A stretch of DNA of 64,000 nt from positions 3,479-67,478 of the forward strand of contig CAZFHZ010000004.1 of assembly GCA_964519015.1 (NCBI GenBank), given 5' to 3'. The translations under genes and the position numbers were made by a program. A model generated the notes under the pieces. It saw only the letters and a program-made list of their open reading frames with translations. It searched no databases and had not been told where the DNA came from. This document shows, one piece after another, positions 34,524 through 44,424 of the stretch. Position 1 is the stretch's first letter, and each line of letters opens with the position of its first letter. The DNA is from an uncultured Gemmatimonadota bacterium (GTDB taxonomy: Bacteria > Blakebacterota > Blakebacteria > Blakebacterales > CAYUVJ01).

Positions 34524-36353
34524 TCAGGGCCGGATGGTCGCGAACCGTTCGTGCTCGGCCGGCTCCTCCTCCAGCAGCCGGGACTGCGGCGGTGTCTCCG
34601 GCTCCATCGCCGGGCCCTCACCCCGGTGGGTCCCGGCGAGGATCGCATCGTAACGCCGGGCATTCTTCAGCACGTCCAGGGCGGCCTTGAACTGGGCATC
34701 CTCCTTGAAGTACTCCATCTGGCCGGCGTCGTAACCGGCCAGTTTGGTGGTGAACTCCCGGCGCAGTTCCAGCGCGATCTTCTCCCGGCTGGTGGTCCAC
34801 ATCTTCTCCTTCTCCGCCTCGATCGCCCGCTTCAGGGCCGCAATCTCGTCCTTCAGGTCATCGGCCAGGTCCTCGGCCCGAGCGGTCGTCTGCAACTCGT
34901 CCAGCCGCACCTCGGTGGGGAGCCGGAAGGTGAATCCATCGGAGAGGCACCAGCGATTGAAATCGTCGAGGAGGGCGTCGTCGACGGTGACCGTGCTGCC
35001 CGACTTCAGGTTGCGCGAGTTGACGTAGTTGTTCACGTAGCGCAGGAACATGGCTCGCCGGTACTTCAGGTCGAAGAGGAGGATGTTGATGGTGAGACCC
35101 TCCGCCTCGACGTCGGGGACCACGCCCCCGCCCCCCTTCACCTCGCGACCGTTGCGGCTGTGGAAGACCGGATGCGCGGTCGTGTCGGGGCCGGTCGGGT
35201 TGGCCACCGCCAGTAGTCCCTGCTCGTCCCGGACGAAGGGGCGCTGCAGGTTCCGTCCGCTGGGAGTGAAGTACTCGCCGGTGGTCAACCGCAGATAGCT
35301 GTCCGTGCCCACCTGGGCCACGGTCTGCACGAGACCCTTGCCGAAAGTGGTGCGGCCGACGATCACGCCGCGGTCGAGGTCCTGCACGGCTCCGGCCACG
35401 ATCTCGGAGGCCGAAGCGCTGCCGGTGTTGACCAGTACGGCCAGGCGTCCCTTGAAGAGCTGCGCCTGGCTGGTACGGAGTTCGCTGTTCATCTCGTTGA
35501 TGCGGCCGCGCGTGTAGACGACCAGCTCGCCCGACGGCAGGAAGGGCTCGGCCACCTCGCGCGCCTCCAGCAGCAGGCCGCCCGGGTTCCCCCGCAGGTC
35601 GAGGATGAGTCCCTCGATCTTCTGCTGCCTCTCCAGTCTCTGGATCGCCTCGGTCAGGAACTTGCCGGTGTTGCGGGTGAACCGCCCGATCTCGAGGTAG
35701 GCGATGCCCGGGGCCGCGAAGGTCGCGGCCGAGACGTCGTTCACCTCGATGGTCTCGCGGGTGATGACGAACTCCATCGGTTCGGGGAAGCCCTCCCGCT
35801 CGATCATGAGCGTCACCTTGGTGCCGACCGGACCCTTGATGAGCGAGGCGGCCTTGGACGAGGTGAAAGTGCGGCTGGGTGTACTGTTGATGTTCACGAT
35901 CACGTCGCCCGCCTGGAGTCCCGTCCGCTCGGCCGGGGAGCCCTTCATGGGGGCGACCACCGTCAGTACCCCCCCCTGCTGTCCGATGGTGGCCCCGATG
36001 CCGCTGTACTGCCCGGTGGTGGTGATCTCCAGATCGGCTACGGCACTCTCGTCCGCCTCCTGGGTGTAGTACTCCGAATAGGGATCGAGTTGGGCCATCA
36101 TCCCCTTGAGCGCGCCGGTGGTGACATCCTGGGAGTTCACCTCGTGGTAGTAACTCTGCCAGACCTCGGTCAGCAGCGAACTCAGGAGCGAACCGTCCCG
36201 GCGCACGTCACGGAGGCTGCTCGGCACCTGTTGGGACTGGGCGGCCAGAGCGGCATGGGACATCCCCACCTCGCGACGAGGCCCCGGGGCGATCAGAAAG
36301 CCGATAGCGAAGGCCACCAGCAGGAGCGGCGTATATCGGGTCCAGCGCATCAT
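34524..36353 (-). CDS. Carboxyl-terminal processing protease (peptidase S41, PDZ-containing)
   Basis: TM/signal MMRWTRYTPLLLVAFAIGFLIA; PDZ (…GIGATIGQQGGVLTVVAPMKGSPAERTGLQAGDVIVNIN…); S41 core …LILDLRGNPGGLL…VLVNTGSASASEIVAGAVQD…TTFGKGLVQT…. Confidence 0.85.
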   Translation of the reverse strand: MMRWTRYTPLLLVAFAIGFLIAPGPRREVGMSHAALAAQSQQVPSSLRDVRRDGSLLSSLLTEVWQSYYHEVNSQDVTTGALKGMMAQLDPYSEYYTQEADESAVADLEITTTGQYSGIGATIGQQGGVLTVVAPMKGSPAERTGLQAGDVIVNINSTPSRTFTSSKAASLIKGPVGTKVTLMIEREGFPEPMEFVITRETIEVNDVSAATFAAPGIAYLEIGRFTRNTGKFLTEAIQRLERQQKIEGLILDLRGNPGGLLLEAREVAEPFLPSGELVVYTRGRINEMNSELRTSQAQLFKGRLAVLVNTGSASASEIVAGAVQDLDRGVIVGRTTFGKGLVQTVAQVGTDSYLRLTTGEYFTPSGRNLQRPFVRDEQGLLAVANPTGPDTTAHPVFHSRNGREVKGGGGVVPDVEAEGLTINILLFDLKYRRAMFLRYVNNYVNSRNLKSGSTVTVDDALLDDFNRWCLSDGFTFRLPTEVRLDELQTTARAEDLADDLKDEIAALKRAIEAEKEKMWTTSREKIALELRREFTTKLAGYDAGQMEYFKEDAQFKAALDVLKNARRYDAILAGTHRGEGPAMEPETPPQSRLLEEEPAEHERFATIRP

Positions 36354-37030
36354 GACATTCCCTTCCGCCTCAGCAAGTCCGAGGCGTCGGCATGGATCTC
36401 CCGGCCGATTGCTGCAGCCGGTCGGTCACCATCCACCACGCGGAACCGCTCAGGGTCCGCAGCAGCAAGCGCGAGGAAGCCCTCCCTCACCCGGTCGAGG
36501 AAGGCCGTCCCTCCTCCTTCCAGACGGTCGGGGGTCCGTCCCGCCTGTCTCGCCCGGGTCAGTCCGACGGCCGGGTCGAGATCGATCAGGTAGGTGCGCT
36601 CCGGCCCCAGGCCGGCGGTGCCCAGGGCGTCGGCCTCACGGATGGCCGCCATCGCCTCGGCCACGCCCCGTCCCCCCCGATCCCTTCCGTAGCCCTGATA
36701 GGCCAGGGTGGAATCGAGAAAGCGGTCGCACACCACCACCGCTCCGCGCTCCAGAGCGGGTCGTATCACCGCCGCCACATGCTCGGCCCGGCTGGCCAGA
36801 TAGAGGAGAACCTCGGTCGCCCAAGCCATACCCGCCGCGGCCGGATCGAGCAGGATGGCCCTCACCCGCTCGGCCACCGGGCTTCCCCCCGGTTCCCGGG
36901 TCAGCACCACTTCGTGCCCCTCCGAGGTCAGTGCCTCGGCCAGCGCCCGGGCCTGGGTGCTCTTGCCGGAGCCGTCCACCCCTTCCAGGCTGATGAAGGC
37001 GCCGCCTCTCCTCGGGTCGGTCCGGGTCAC
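36350..37030 (-). CDS. tmk: Thymidylate kinase
   Basis: P-loop FISLEGVDGSGKSTQ; …TREPGGSP…, DRF motif …VVCDRFLDSTLAYQG…; stop overlaps ctp start (ATGA). Confidence 0.85.
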   Translation of the reverse strand: MTRTDPRRGGAFISLEGVDGSGKSTQARALAEALTSEGHEVVLTREPGGSPVAERVRAILLDPAAAGMAWATEVLLYLASRAEHVAAVIRPALERGAVVVCDRFLDSTLAYQGYGRDRGGRGVAEAMAAIREADALGTAGLGPERTYLIDLDPAVGLTRARQAGRTPDRLEGGGTAFLDRVREGFLALAAADPERFRVVDGDRPAAAIGREIHADASDLLRRKGMS

Positions 37031-37042
37031 AGTCTTCCTATA

Positions 37043-37834
37043 TTACGGATTGCGGGGCTTGTTATGAAGCCCCGCTTTCGTACCGGCCACCACCAGAGTA
37101 AACTCGCCGCGCGCCTTCGAAGTTGCATAAAACGCCGCCAGTTCCGAGAGCGGTCCCCGGCGCACCTCCTCGAAACGCTTGGTCAGTTCGCGACAGACCG
37201 CCGCCGGACGGTCCCCCAGTACGACCATCAGGTCGGCCAGCGTGGCGGCCAGCCGGTACGGACTCTCGTAGAAGACCAGGGTGTGCGGCAATCCCGCCAG
37301 CTCCTCCAGCACCCGCCGGCGCCGTCCCGACCGTGGCGGCAGGAAACCGGTGAAGGTGAAGGCGTCGGTGGGCAGCCCGGAGACGGTCAGGGCCGCGATC
37401 AGGGCGGTCGGACCGGGCACCGCGCTCACCACGATCCCTTCGGCCACCGCCGCCCGCACCAGCACGAAGCCGGGGTCGGAGAGACCGGGGGTGCCCGCGT
37501 CGCTGGCCAGCGCCACACTCCGCCCGGCCTTTAAATGGGCGATCAGCCGCGGGGTCGCCGTCGTCTCGTTGTGCTCGTGGAAGCTCTCCAGCCGCCGGTG
37601 GATCCCCAGGGAGGCCAGCAGGCGCCCGGTGTGGCGGGTGTCCTCGGCGGCCACTATATCGGCTGCGGCAAGCACCGCCCGGGCCCGTGGACTCAGATCG
37701 CCGCGGTGGCCGATCGGGGTGGCCACCAGGTAGAGGACCCCGCCGGTCACCTGGGCCGTCAGGGCCTCCGCCGGGTCCTCTGCGGACGCCTCCCGTCCGG
37801 TCGGCTCCTCTTCCGGCTCCGGTTCCCCGGCCAT
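37043..37834 (-). CDS. rsmI: 16S rRNA (cytidine1402-2'-O)-methyltransferase RsmI
   Basis: Tetrapyrrole-methylase fold …GVLYLVATPIGHRGDLSPRARAVLAAADIVAAEDTRHTGRLL…TLVFYESPYRL…. Confidence 0.8.
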   Translation of the reverse strand: MAGEPEPEEEPTGREASAEDPAEALTAQVTGGVLYLVATPIGHRGDLSPRARAVLAAADIVAAEDTRHTGRLLASLGIHRRLESFHEHNETTATPRLIAHLKAGRSVALASDAGTPGLSDPGFVLVRAAVAEGIVVSAVPGPTALIAALTVSGLPTDAFTFTGFLPPRSGRRRRVLEELAGLPHTLVFYESPYRLAATLADLMVVLGDRPAAVCRELTKRFEEVRRGPLSELAAFYATSKARGEFTLVVAGTKAGLHNKPRNP

Positions 37835-38667
37835 CAGGTCCCCCAGTCCCGGGGATAGAGCCAGTCGATGCCGATCGTGCGGTCGCTCAGTTTGCAGATC
37901 ACCGGGAGATGCCGCTTGTACTCATTGGCCCGCACCCGTTCCCAGAGCCGGCGCACCAGCTCTTCATCGAAGCCCTCGGCCGCCGTCTGCGCGATCGTCT
38001 TGCGCTCGTCCACCAGTCGGAAGAGGATCGCGTCGGCGGTTGTGTAGTCCACTCCCAGGTCGGCCTCGTCGGTCTGCCCCTGCCAGAGGTCGGCCGAGGG
38101 AGCCTTCTTCAGGACCGGCTCCGGCAATCCGAGGGCGGCGGCCAGCTGGCGGAGCTGGCTCTTGTATAAATCGCCCACCGGGTTGATCGCACTGGCCAGG
38201 TCGCCGTGGAGGGTACCGTACCCGAGCAGGAGCTCGGTCTTGTTGCTGGTTCCGACCACCAGCGCCCGGTACTCGACCGAGAGGTCGTAGAGGACCGCCA
38301 TGCGCATGCGCGCCATCAGGTTACCCGCGCGGGTGCGGTCGAGTCCCGCCCACGCGGCGTACCCTTCCGTCATGCCGGTGATGGGCACTTCGAGCGGTTC
38401 CACACCCAGCAGCTCGGCCACCAGCCGGCCATCGGAGACACTCTCGGCCGAGGAGATCCGGTGCGGCATCCCCACCAGGAGCGCCTGTCCGGCTCCCAGG
38501 GCCCGTACCACCAGGGCCGCCGAGACGGCCGAATCGATCCCGCCGGAAAGTCCGACGATCGCCCGCTGGAAACCGGCGCGTTCCACCTCATGGCGCACGA
38601 ATGCTTCCAGGATGGGGAGCACCAGGTCGGGGTCGAGACGGAGCCGCTCGTCCATGGACACGCTCAC
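37834..38667 (-). CDS. nadE: NAD+ synthetase, synthetase subunit (NadE)
   Basis: PP-loop …RAIVGLSGGIDSAVSAALVV…; …TSNKTELLLGYGTLHGD… typical NadE. Confidence 0.85.
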   Translation of the reverse strand: MSVSMDERLRLDPDLVLPILEAFVRHEVERAGFQRAIVGLSGGIDSAVSAALVVRALGAGQALLVGMPHRISSAESVSDGRLVAELLGVEPLEVPITGMTEGYAAWAGLDRTRAGNLMARMRMAVLYDLSVEYRALVVGTSNKTELLLGYGTLHGDLASAINPVGDLYKSQLRQLAAALGLPEPVLKKAPSADLWQGQTDEADLGVDYTTADAILFRLVDERKTIAQTAAEGFDEELVRRLWERVRANEYKRHLPVICKLSDRTIGIDWLYPRDWGT

Positions 38668-39548
38668 AGGTTCCTCATCCGATCGGGCAGATGCCCTTCC
38701 AGCAGGGTGGCCAGTTGCCGCCGGGTGGCCTCGGCGTCATGCTGTTTCAGTACACCGTTACGTGACCGTACCCGTCCGATCACGCCGGGATCGATCGCCG
38801 CGCTCCACACCCCCGAGGTGAAGGAGTCCCCTTCCACGATCGGGAACTCGCTGACGGGGGAGTAGACCAGGCTCCCCCCGCTGAAGAAGATACCATCCTC
38901 GAATCCGGTCCGGTTGCTGTAGGCGACCCAGCAGCCCAGCAGGTTGCCGAAGAGGCGAAGCAGGTCGCGCCAGGTCCGTCGCGAGGCCAGTTGCCCACTC
39001 GCCCGGGCGATCCCCCGGCCCGGCGCAGCCGAGAGAACCAGCAGGCCGGTGGCACCCTGGAGAGCCGCCAGCAACGCGGAAGAAGGATGCCAGACGTCTT
39101 CGCAGACCAGCAGGGCCAGGGTACCGAAAGGGGTCCGGAAGCTGTGCAGCTCCTCCCCCCGGGAGAAGAACCGCCCTTCGTCGAAGAGTCCGTAGGTGGG
39201 CAGATAGATCTTGCGGTGGAGATGAACAAGGTCTCCCCCCGCCCACCAGCCGGCGACGTTATAGAGCTGGCCGTCCTCCCCCCGTTCCACGAATCCGGCG
39301 GCGATCGGGAGGCGCCGGCTCAGTTCCCGTACCGGGTCGAGGCGCCGGTCCCCCGCCGGCAGGGCCACCTCGGCGGTCAGATCACGCAGCAGGTAGCCGG
39401 TCAGACCGAGTTCGGGAGTGATCAGCAGGTCGGCCTGTTGGATGACGGCGGCCTCCACTGCGGCCGCGAGCTGGTCCAGGTTGGGTTCGATCCGGCCGAG
39501 CACCGGACTCCACTGGCCCACCGCCACCCGGAAGGGAGCCTCGTTCAC
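38664..39548 (-). CDS. Carbon-nitrogen hydrolase (nitrilase superfamily); probable stand-alone glutaminase partner of NadE
   Basis: Catalytic triad context …LLITPELGLTGY… (E), …LHRKIYLPTYG… (K), …LLVCEDVWHP… (C). Stop overlaps nadE start (38664-38667); start overlaps ptsN stop. Confidence 0.7.
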   Translation of the reverse strand: MNEAPFRVAVGQWSPVLGRIEPNLDQLAAAVEAAVIQQADLLITPELGLTGYLLRDLTAEVALPAGDRRLDPVRELSRRLPIAAGFVERGEDGQLYNVAGWWAGGDLVHLHRKIYLPTYGLFDEGRFFSRGEELHSFRTPFGTLALLVCEDVWHPSSALLAALQGATGLLVLSAAPGRGIARASGQLASRRTWRDLLRLFGNLLGCWVAYSNRTGFEDGIFFSGGSLVYSPVSEFPIVEGDSFTSGVWSAAIDPGVIGRVRSRNGVLKQHDAEATRRQLATLLEGHLPDRMRNL

Positions 39549-40036
39549 GGCTTCTCCCCGGCGCGGGGATCGCCCGCGGCCGTTTCTTCCATCCGGCGGA
39601 ACCAGTCGATGGTCTCCTCGGGGGAGGCAACCTTCCGGAGCCCCTCCCGGACCACGGCATCGTCACAGAGGCGGGCCAGCCGGCCCAGTATGCGCACGAT
39701 GGTGGAAGGATCACGACGATCGGCGATCAGCAGAAAGAAGAGGTCGGCCGGTCGGCCGTCCACGGCTCCCACATCGAGAGGTCGCACCGGCCGGCCGAAA
39801 GCGAGCGCGAACCCGGGGAAGCCGTCGAGGCGGGCGTGAGGGAGCGCCACCCCGTTGCCAACCCCGGTCGAGAGCACCTGTTCCCGGCGCAGGACCTCCT
39901 CCAGCAGGGGAAGGCTGGGGTCGGCCTTACCCGCGGCCGTCAGCGCCTCCACCAGCGCACCGAAGACCTCGGCTTTGTCCCGGGCCTGGATGTCGAGCCG
40001 GATGGTGGCCGGACTCAGCTGTCGCCAGATCTCCAT
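39545..40036 (-). CDS. ptsN: PTS EIIA(Ntr) nitrogen-regulatory protein PtsN
   Basis: …VFGALVEALTAAGK…EVLRREQVLSTGVGNGVALPHARLDG…DLFFLLIADRRDPSTIVRILGRL… EIIA-2 fold with phosphorylatable His. Confidence 0.8.
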   Translation of the reverse strand: MEIWRQLSPATIRLDIQARDKAEVFGALVEALTAAGKADPSLPLLEEVLRREQVLSTGVGNGVALPHARLDGFPGFALAFGRPVRPLDVGAVDGRPADLFFLLIADRRDPSTIVRILGRLARLCDDAVVREGLRKVASPEETIDWFRRMEETAAGDPRAGEKP

Positions 40037-40063
40037 GCCTCACTCATCCCCGTGCGCGCGGAT

Positions 40064-40510
40064 TTAGAAGGGGACGTCGTCCTCACCCTCGGAGACGGCG
40101 TCGGGACCGGTCTCCTCGTCGGGTGCCGGACGGCTGCTACGCCGGCTGCCGCCACCACCCCCCTGACCCCCCCCGGCGCCGCCGAGCATGGTCATCTCCT
40201 GGGCCACGATCTCGGTGGTCCAGCGCTGCTGACCACTCTGATCCTCCCAGGACCGGGTCTGGATACGGCCTTCGATGTAGACCGAGTCCCCCTTCTTGAG
40301 GTACTGCTCGGCGATCTCGGCCAGCCGGCCCCAGACCACGATGTTATGCCACTCGGTCTGTTCCTGACGCTGGCCGCTCCGGTCGGTGAACGTGCGGTTG
40401 GTCGCGATCCGAAAATTGGCCACGTTCTGCCCGCCTGAGGTGGTGCGGATCTCGGGATCGGCCCCCAGATTCCCCAGGATGATCGCTTTGTTGACGCTGC
40501 CTCGAGCCAT
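40064..40510 (-). CDS. ssb: Single-stranded DNA-binding protein
   Basis: Internal ATG 40510: [90 protein letters not shown]… OB-fold, Gly-rich linker, acidic tail …EDDVPF. The 5' extension of the track ORF is junk. Confidence 0.9.
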   Translation of the reverse strand: MARGSVNKAIILGNLGADPEIRTTSGGQNVANFRIATNRTFTDRSGQRQEQTEWHNIVVWGRLAEIAEQYLKKGDSVYIEGRIQTRSWEDQSGQQRWTTEIVAQEMTMLGGAGGGQGGGGGSRRSSRPAPDEETGPDAVSEGEDDVPF

Positions 40511-40638
40511 TACTCCCGTCCTCCCGTCTGGAACACATTCCTCCGGCGCCGGGGCCGCCTGACCTGGTCGAAGATACGCAGGCGGATGGTATCGGCCGTG
40601 GGGAAGATTGTAAGTATGCGGGTCTTGGAACTCGGGCG

Positions 40639-41655
40639 TCAACCACCGGGCAGGGCCGGCTCCCCTTCCCAGGGGTCGGGCAGACCGACGCCGCGGGCGG
40701 CCAGCCGGACAGCTCCCTGCACCGGACTGTGCCGGGGTGTGACCAGGCTCAGCCCCTCCCCCCACTCCCAGGCGCCTTCCCGCAGGGCCGGCTCCAGAAG
40801 GGACGCCCAGCTCTCTCCCAGGCCGCCCAGCAGCGCCACCGGCAGCGGGGTACCGGCGGCCAGACCCAGCCGGCGACAGCCCTCGGCGAGGATCCGGCCC
40901 AGTTCCCGGCCGACGCGGGTTGCCAGCTCGACCGCAGCGGGATGCCCGGCGGCCGCCAACGCCATGACCGGAGGGGCGAGCCGGCCCAACCGCTCCGGTT
41001 CGGTGCGGGCGGCCGCGGCCGCGCGCATGAGGGCATGAGGCTCCTCCCGCTCGGACGGACCGAGCCCCCAGGCCGTGAGCACGATACCGGTCAGCTCGTC
41101 CGGGTATCCCCCTTCCCAGGCCCACAGCGCCCGTCGGACCGCCTCCAGCCCGAGCCAGACCGCGCTCCCCTCGTCACCCAGCGGCCAACCCCATCCGCCG
41201 CTCAGGGCAAGTACGCCGGCCGCATCCCGGACCAGGCCGATCGAGCCGGTACCGCTGATCACCACTCCGGCGGCTCCCGTCATCCCATGGGCACCCAGCA
41301 ATGCGGTCTCGGCATCGTGGGTGATCATCACCGGCACCCCGGTCGGAGCGACCGGGCTGCAAAAGAGGGGGAGGAGGGCGTCCCTGAGGACGGCCCGGGC
41401 CGGTTCGGAGCGGGCACCGGCGAATCCCGCGCCGACCCCTTCCAGCAATCGGGGGGCGTCGGGCCTCACCGCGCAGGCCTGTTGCCAGAGGTGAGCGACG
41501 ACCTCCACCACACCCATCGGCCCGACCCGGGTGAGGGAAGCCGCACCCCCTTCACCGCGCCAGAGGGTCTCTCCCCCGGGTCCGGCCAGCAGGGCCCGGG
41601 TGCGGGTTCCGCCCGCGTCCAGACCGAGCAGCAGCGCCCCCGGGCCGGCGGTCAT
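40639..41655 (-). CDS. BadF/BadG/BcrA/BcrD-type ATPase (N-acetylglucosamine kinase-like)
   Basis: Internal ATG 41655 (overlaps mlaD stop by 1 nt): [23 protein letters not shown]…; …[16 protein letters not shown]…ISGTGSIGL… ASKHA sugar-kinase motifs. Confidence 0.6.
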   Translation of the reverse strand: MTAGPGALLLGLDAGGTRTRALLAGPGGETLWRGEGGAASLTRVGPMGVVEVVAHLWQQACAVRPDAPRLLEGVGAGFAGARSEPARAVLRDALLPLFCSPVAPTGVPVMITHDAETALLGAHGMTGAAGVVISGTGSIGLVRDAAGVLALSGGWGWPLGDEGSAVWLGLEAVRRALWAWEGGYPDELTGIVLTAWGLGPSEREEPHALMRAAAAARTEPERLGRLAPPVMALAAAGHPAAVELATRVGRELGRILAEGCRRLGLAAGTPLPVALLGGLGESWASLLEPALREGAWEWGEGLSLVTPRHSPVQGAVRLAARGVGLPDPWEGEPALPGG

Positions 41656-42569
41656 CAGAAGATCTTGATGGTGAAGTACTTCTTCGGGTTGTTCTTGATG
41701 TCGCTGATCAGCGAGTCCATGTGGGCGAGGGTCAGGGCCAACTGGAAGTAGACGCTGTCGGACTCGGCCAGATGCCACAGGGTGCCCCGCGAGCCGGTCA
41801 CCCGCAGGGCGAGCCCCTGCAGGGTATCGGCCAGCGAATCGATGCGCGTGGCGATCCGGGTAAACTGCTGCCCGGCCTCGCCGACCGAGGTCAGCGCGCT
41901 GTGCAGGGGACCCGTGTTGTTCTCCAGCACCTGGTTGACGTTGGCGACCATCTCACTCAGGTTGGCCAGGCTCTCCCCGACCATCCCCTGGTTGTCCACC
42001 ACCACCTGGTTGAGCAGATCGATCGTACGGTTGAAATTCTCGAAAGCCACCGCGATGCGCGCCCTGACCTCCTGGTCGGTGATGACCGCCTGCATCGAAG
42101 CGGTCAGGTCCCCGACCCGGATCATGAGGAGCTGCATGTTCCGGAAGACGTCGTTGAGACTGGCCCCGTTGATACCGATAAGGGTGTCGGCCGCCGTGAT
42201 GGCCCGTCCCCCCGGACGGGCCGTGACGTTGATGAAGCGGGCCCCGATGAGCCCTTCGCTCTCGATCGTGAACAGGCTCGCCGAATCGAGCCGGACGGCC
42301 TGGTCGAGCCTCATCTGCACCGCCACCCGGTTCTCGGGGGTGAGACTGATATCAGTGACCTGCCCCTTCTTAACGCCGGCGATCAGAACCGGGTCGCCGG
42401 TGGAGAGACCGAAACCCGACTCGAAGAGCACCACCACCCGGTAGGTGCTCCCCTCCCGCAGCAAATCCTGTCCCCACAACAACCCGAACACCAGGATCAG
42501 GACGCCGATGATGACGGCGGCCCCGACCCGGAGGGTCGTCAGGTCCCGTTGACCCCGTTCCCAAGCCAT
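41655..42569 (-). CDS. mlaD: MlaD/MCE-family protein (outer-membrane lipid asymmetry system periplasmic component)
   Basis: N-terminal TM LRVGAAVIIGVLILVFGLLW then MCE domain …YRVVVLFESGFGLSTGDPVLIAGVKKGQVTDISLTPENRVAVQMRLD…; long C-terminal coiled-coil/helical region. Confidence 0.75.
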   Translation of the reverse strand: MAWERGQRDLTTLRVGAAVIIGVLILVFGLLWGQDLLREGSTYRVVVLFESGFGLSTGDPVLIAGVKKGQVTDISLTPENRVAVQMRLDQAVRLDSASLFTIESEGLIGARFINVTARPGGRAITAADTLIGINGASLNDVFRNMQLLMIRVGDLTASMQAVITDQEVRARIAVAFENFNRTIDLLNQVVVDNQGMVGESLANLSEMVANVNQVLENNTGPLHSALTSVGEAGQQFTRIATRIDSLADTLQGLALRVTGSRGTLWHLAESDSVYFQLALTLAHMDSLISDIKNNPKKYFTIKIF

Positions 42570-43033
42570 TCCAGGAGGTCCTTTCGCTCACTTCCGGGCA
42601 CGTCGCAACATTCCAGTCCCACACCCTCCCGGGCCAGGGCCCGGAAGGCGTTCTCATCCCCTTCGTCCATACAGAGGAAGGGGAGGATGCGCCGGCGACC
42701 CTCACGGTGGTGCAGGCCGCCCACGTTAAGGACATCGTACTCGAACCCACCCCGGTAGAGCCTCAGGGCGTCGTCGGGGGAGGAGAGCAGGATGAAGAGC
42801 CCTTCTCCTTCCTCCAGCCAGGCGGCCAGTGCCACCGGGGCCTCGCTCAGGGTGACGACGGACACCTTGACCCCTTCCGGGGCGGAGGCCTCGTAGAGCT
42901 CGCATTCCCAGAGACTATCGGCCACCTGATCGTTGACCACCACGATCCGGTCGGGGTGGAACAGGTTCCCCCAGCCCTGGGTGACCTGACCATGGACCAG
43001 CCGGTCGTCGACCCGGACCAGGAGCGGATTCAC
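42539..43033 (-). CDS. PTS mannose-family EIIB component (soluble, no cognate IIC/IID in window)
   Basis: MNPLLVRVDDRLVHGQVTQGWGN… = EIIB-Man signature (R-[IV]-D-D-R-L-[IV]-H-G-Q-V). Confidence 0.75.
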   Translation of the reverse strand: MNPLLVRVDDRLVHGQVTQGWGNLFHPDRIVVVNDQVADSLWECELYEASAPEGVKVSVVTLSEAPVALAAWLEEGEGLFILLSSPDDALRLYRGGFEYDVLNVGGLHHREGRRRILPFLCMDEGDENAFRALAREGVGLECCDVPGSERKDLLEWLGNGVNGT

Positions 43034-43401
43034 GACTGGATCCCTTTCCGGCCGTATTCGACGAGGATCTCGGCCAGGGCGTCGAGTCCGAGCTTCTCCC
43101 GCTTGTTCACGAAGGCCAGGAGCATGGGGAGGTTGACCCCTGTGATGTGCCGGATCCGCTTCTGCTGCCGGCGCAGTCGTTCCGCGGTCTGCCAGCAGGA
43201 GCCTCCGAAGAGGGTCGTGAAGACGATGCTGCCGTCGTCTCCACCGGCCACCGCCCTCTCGACGGACTCGAGCATCTGCTCGCCGCTCAATCCCTCGTTG
43301 CTCAGGCTGACGAATTCCTCCTGCGGCCCGAGGAAGGCCTCCACGGCATGACGCAGGGCGTGTCCCAGGTCGACGTGGGTGAAGACCACACCACGGATCA
43401 T
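43030..43401 (-). CDS. PTS mannose-family EIIA component
   Basis: MIRGVVFTHVDLGHALRHAVEAFLG…IVFTTLFGGSCWQTAER… EIIA-Man fold; overlaps flanking genes by 4 nt each side. Confidence 0.7.
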   Translation of the reverse strand: MIRGVVFTHVDLGHALRHAVEAFLGPQEEFVSLSNEGLSGEQMLESVERAVAGGDDGSIVFTTLFGGSCWQTAERLRRQQKRIRHITGVNLPMLLAFVNKREKLGLDALAEILVEYGRKGIQS

Positions 43402-44372
43402 TCGTAGTCCTCGCCTAATTCCGTGCGGGCCAAGACCCGTCGTTCCATCCGCTCGAGCAGTCTCTTGTTGAAGGTCTGCGCGGTGTTCAATCCGCTGATC
43501 TTCATGATGTGGTTGAGGGCGATGGTCTCGGCCAGGACCGTGATGTTCTTCCCGGGGACGATGGGCAGCAGGACCTGGGGTAGCTGCACGCCCAGGATCT
43601 CGGTGGTCCGCTCGATCATGCCGAGCCGGTCCTGATCCTCGACTTCAGTCCACTCCTTCAGGACCACCTCCACCTCCACCCGTTTGACGAGACGGATACC
43701 GCGGATGCCGAAGATCCCCTGGATGTCGATGATCCCGATCCCGCGGATCTCCATGTGGTGGGTGAGCAACTCGTTCCCGGTGCCGGTGAGGATGCCACGG
43801 GTTGTGCGGGTCATGGTAACCACATCATCGGCCACCAGGCGATGTCCACGCTCGATCAGGTCGAGCGCGATCTCGCTCTTCCCGATCCCGCTCTTGCCGG
43901 TGAAGAGTAACCCCACCCCGTAGACGTCCACCAGGGTACCGTGCATCACAGCCGTGGGCGCGAACCAGTCGTCCAGGTACTCGCTCAGCAGGTGGGCGAC
44001 CATCGTGCTCGGATGCACGCTCAGCAGGATGGGGATACCCCGTTCATCCGCCTTCTGTTCCATGTAAGGGAAGGGCCGGTTCCCCGAGGTGCAGATGATC
44101 AGCGGCATCTCGAAGCCGAAGAAGGCATCCAGGGTGCTCTGACGCTTCTTCTCGCTCAGGCTGTTCAGGTAGTGGAACTCGGTGTCGCTCAGGATCTGGA
44201 CCCGGTCGTAGGGGAACGGGTCGAAGAAGCCGGCCAGGGCAAGCCCGGGGCGGTAGACGTCGTTGGTCGAAACCACCCGCATGGCTCCCGAACGCCCGGC
44301 CGCCCATTCCAACTGGAGGCTCTCACGGGAGTCCTCGACCAGCTTCTGAACGGTCAGTTCCTTCGCCCCCAT
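43398..44372 (-). CDS. hprK: HPr kinase/phosphorylase
   Basis: Internal ATG 44372: MGAKELTVQKL…; Walker A GVGLLFTGKSGIGKSEIALDLIERGHRLVADD; …HHMEIRGIGIIDIQ… signature. Track N-terminal extension overlaps hpf and was trimmed. Confidence 0.85.
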   Translation of the reverse strand: MGAKELTVQKLVEDSRESLQLEWAAGRSGAMRVVSTNDVYRPGLALAGFFDPFPYDRVQILSDTEFHYLNSLSEKKRQSTLDAFFGFEMPLIICTSGNRPFPYMEQKADERGIPILLSVHPSTMVAHLLSEYLDDWFAPTAVMHGTLVDVYGVGLLFTGKSGIGKSEIALDLIERGHRLVADDVVTMTRTTRGILTGTGNELLTHHMEIRGIGIIDIQGIFGIRGIRLVKRVEVEVVLKEWTEVEDQDRLGMIERTTEILGVQLPQVLLPIVPGKNITVLAETIALNHIMKISGLNTAQTFNKRLLERMERRVLARTELGEDYE

Positions 44373-44424
44373 AAACAAAACGGGAGGAGGTTGTTGGCCT
44401 CCCCCCGCTCCCGAGAAGAGGTGG

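Noticed and set aside
37052-37076. Perfect 9-bp-stem hairpin GCGGGGCTT-gttatg-AAGCCCCGC at the 3' end of rsmI
   Set aside because: It lies inside the rsmI coding sequence (last 11 codons), and in the transcription direction it is followed by A-rich rather than U-rich sequence. It is not convincing as an intrinsic terminator, though it may be an mRNA stability element or a coincidence.
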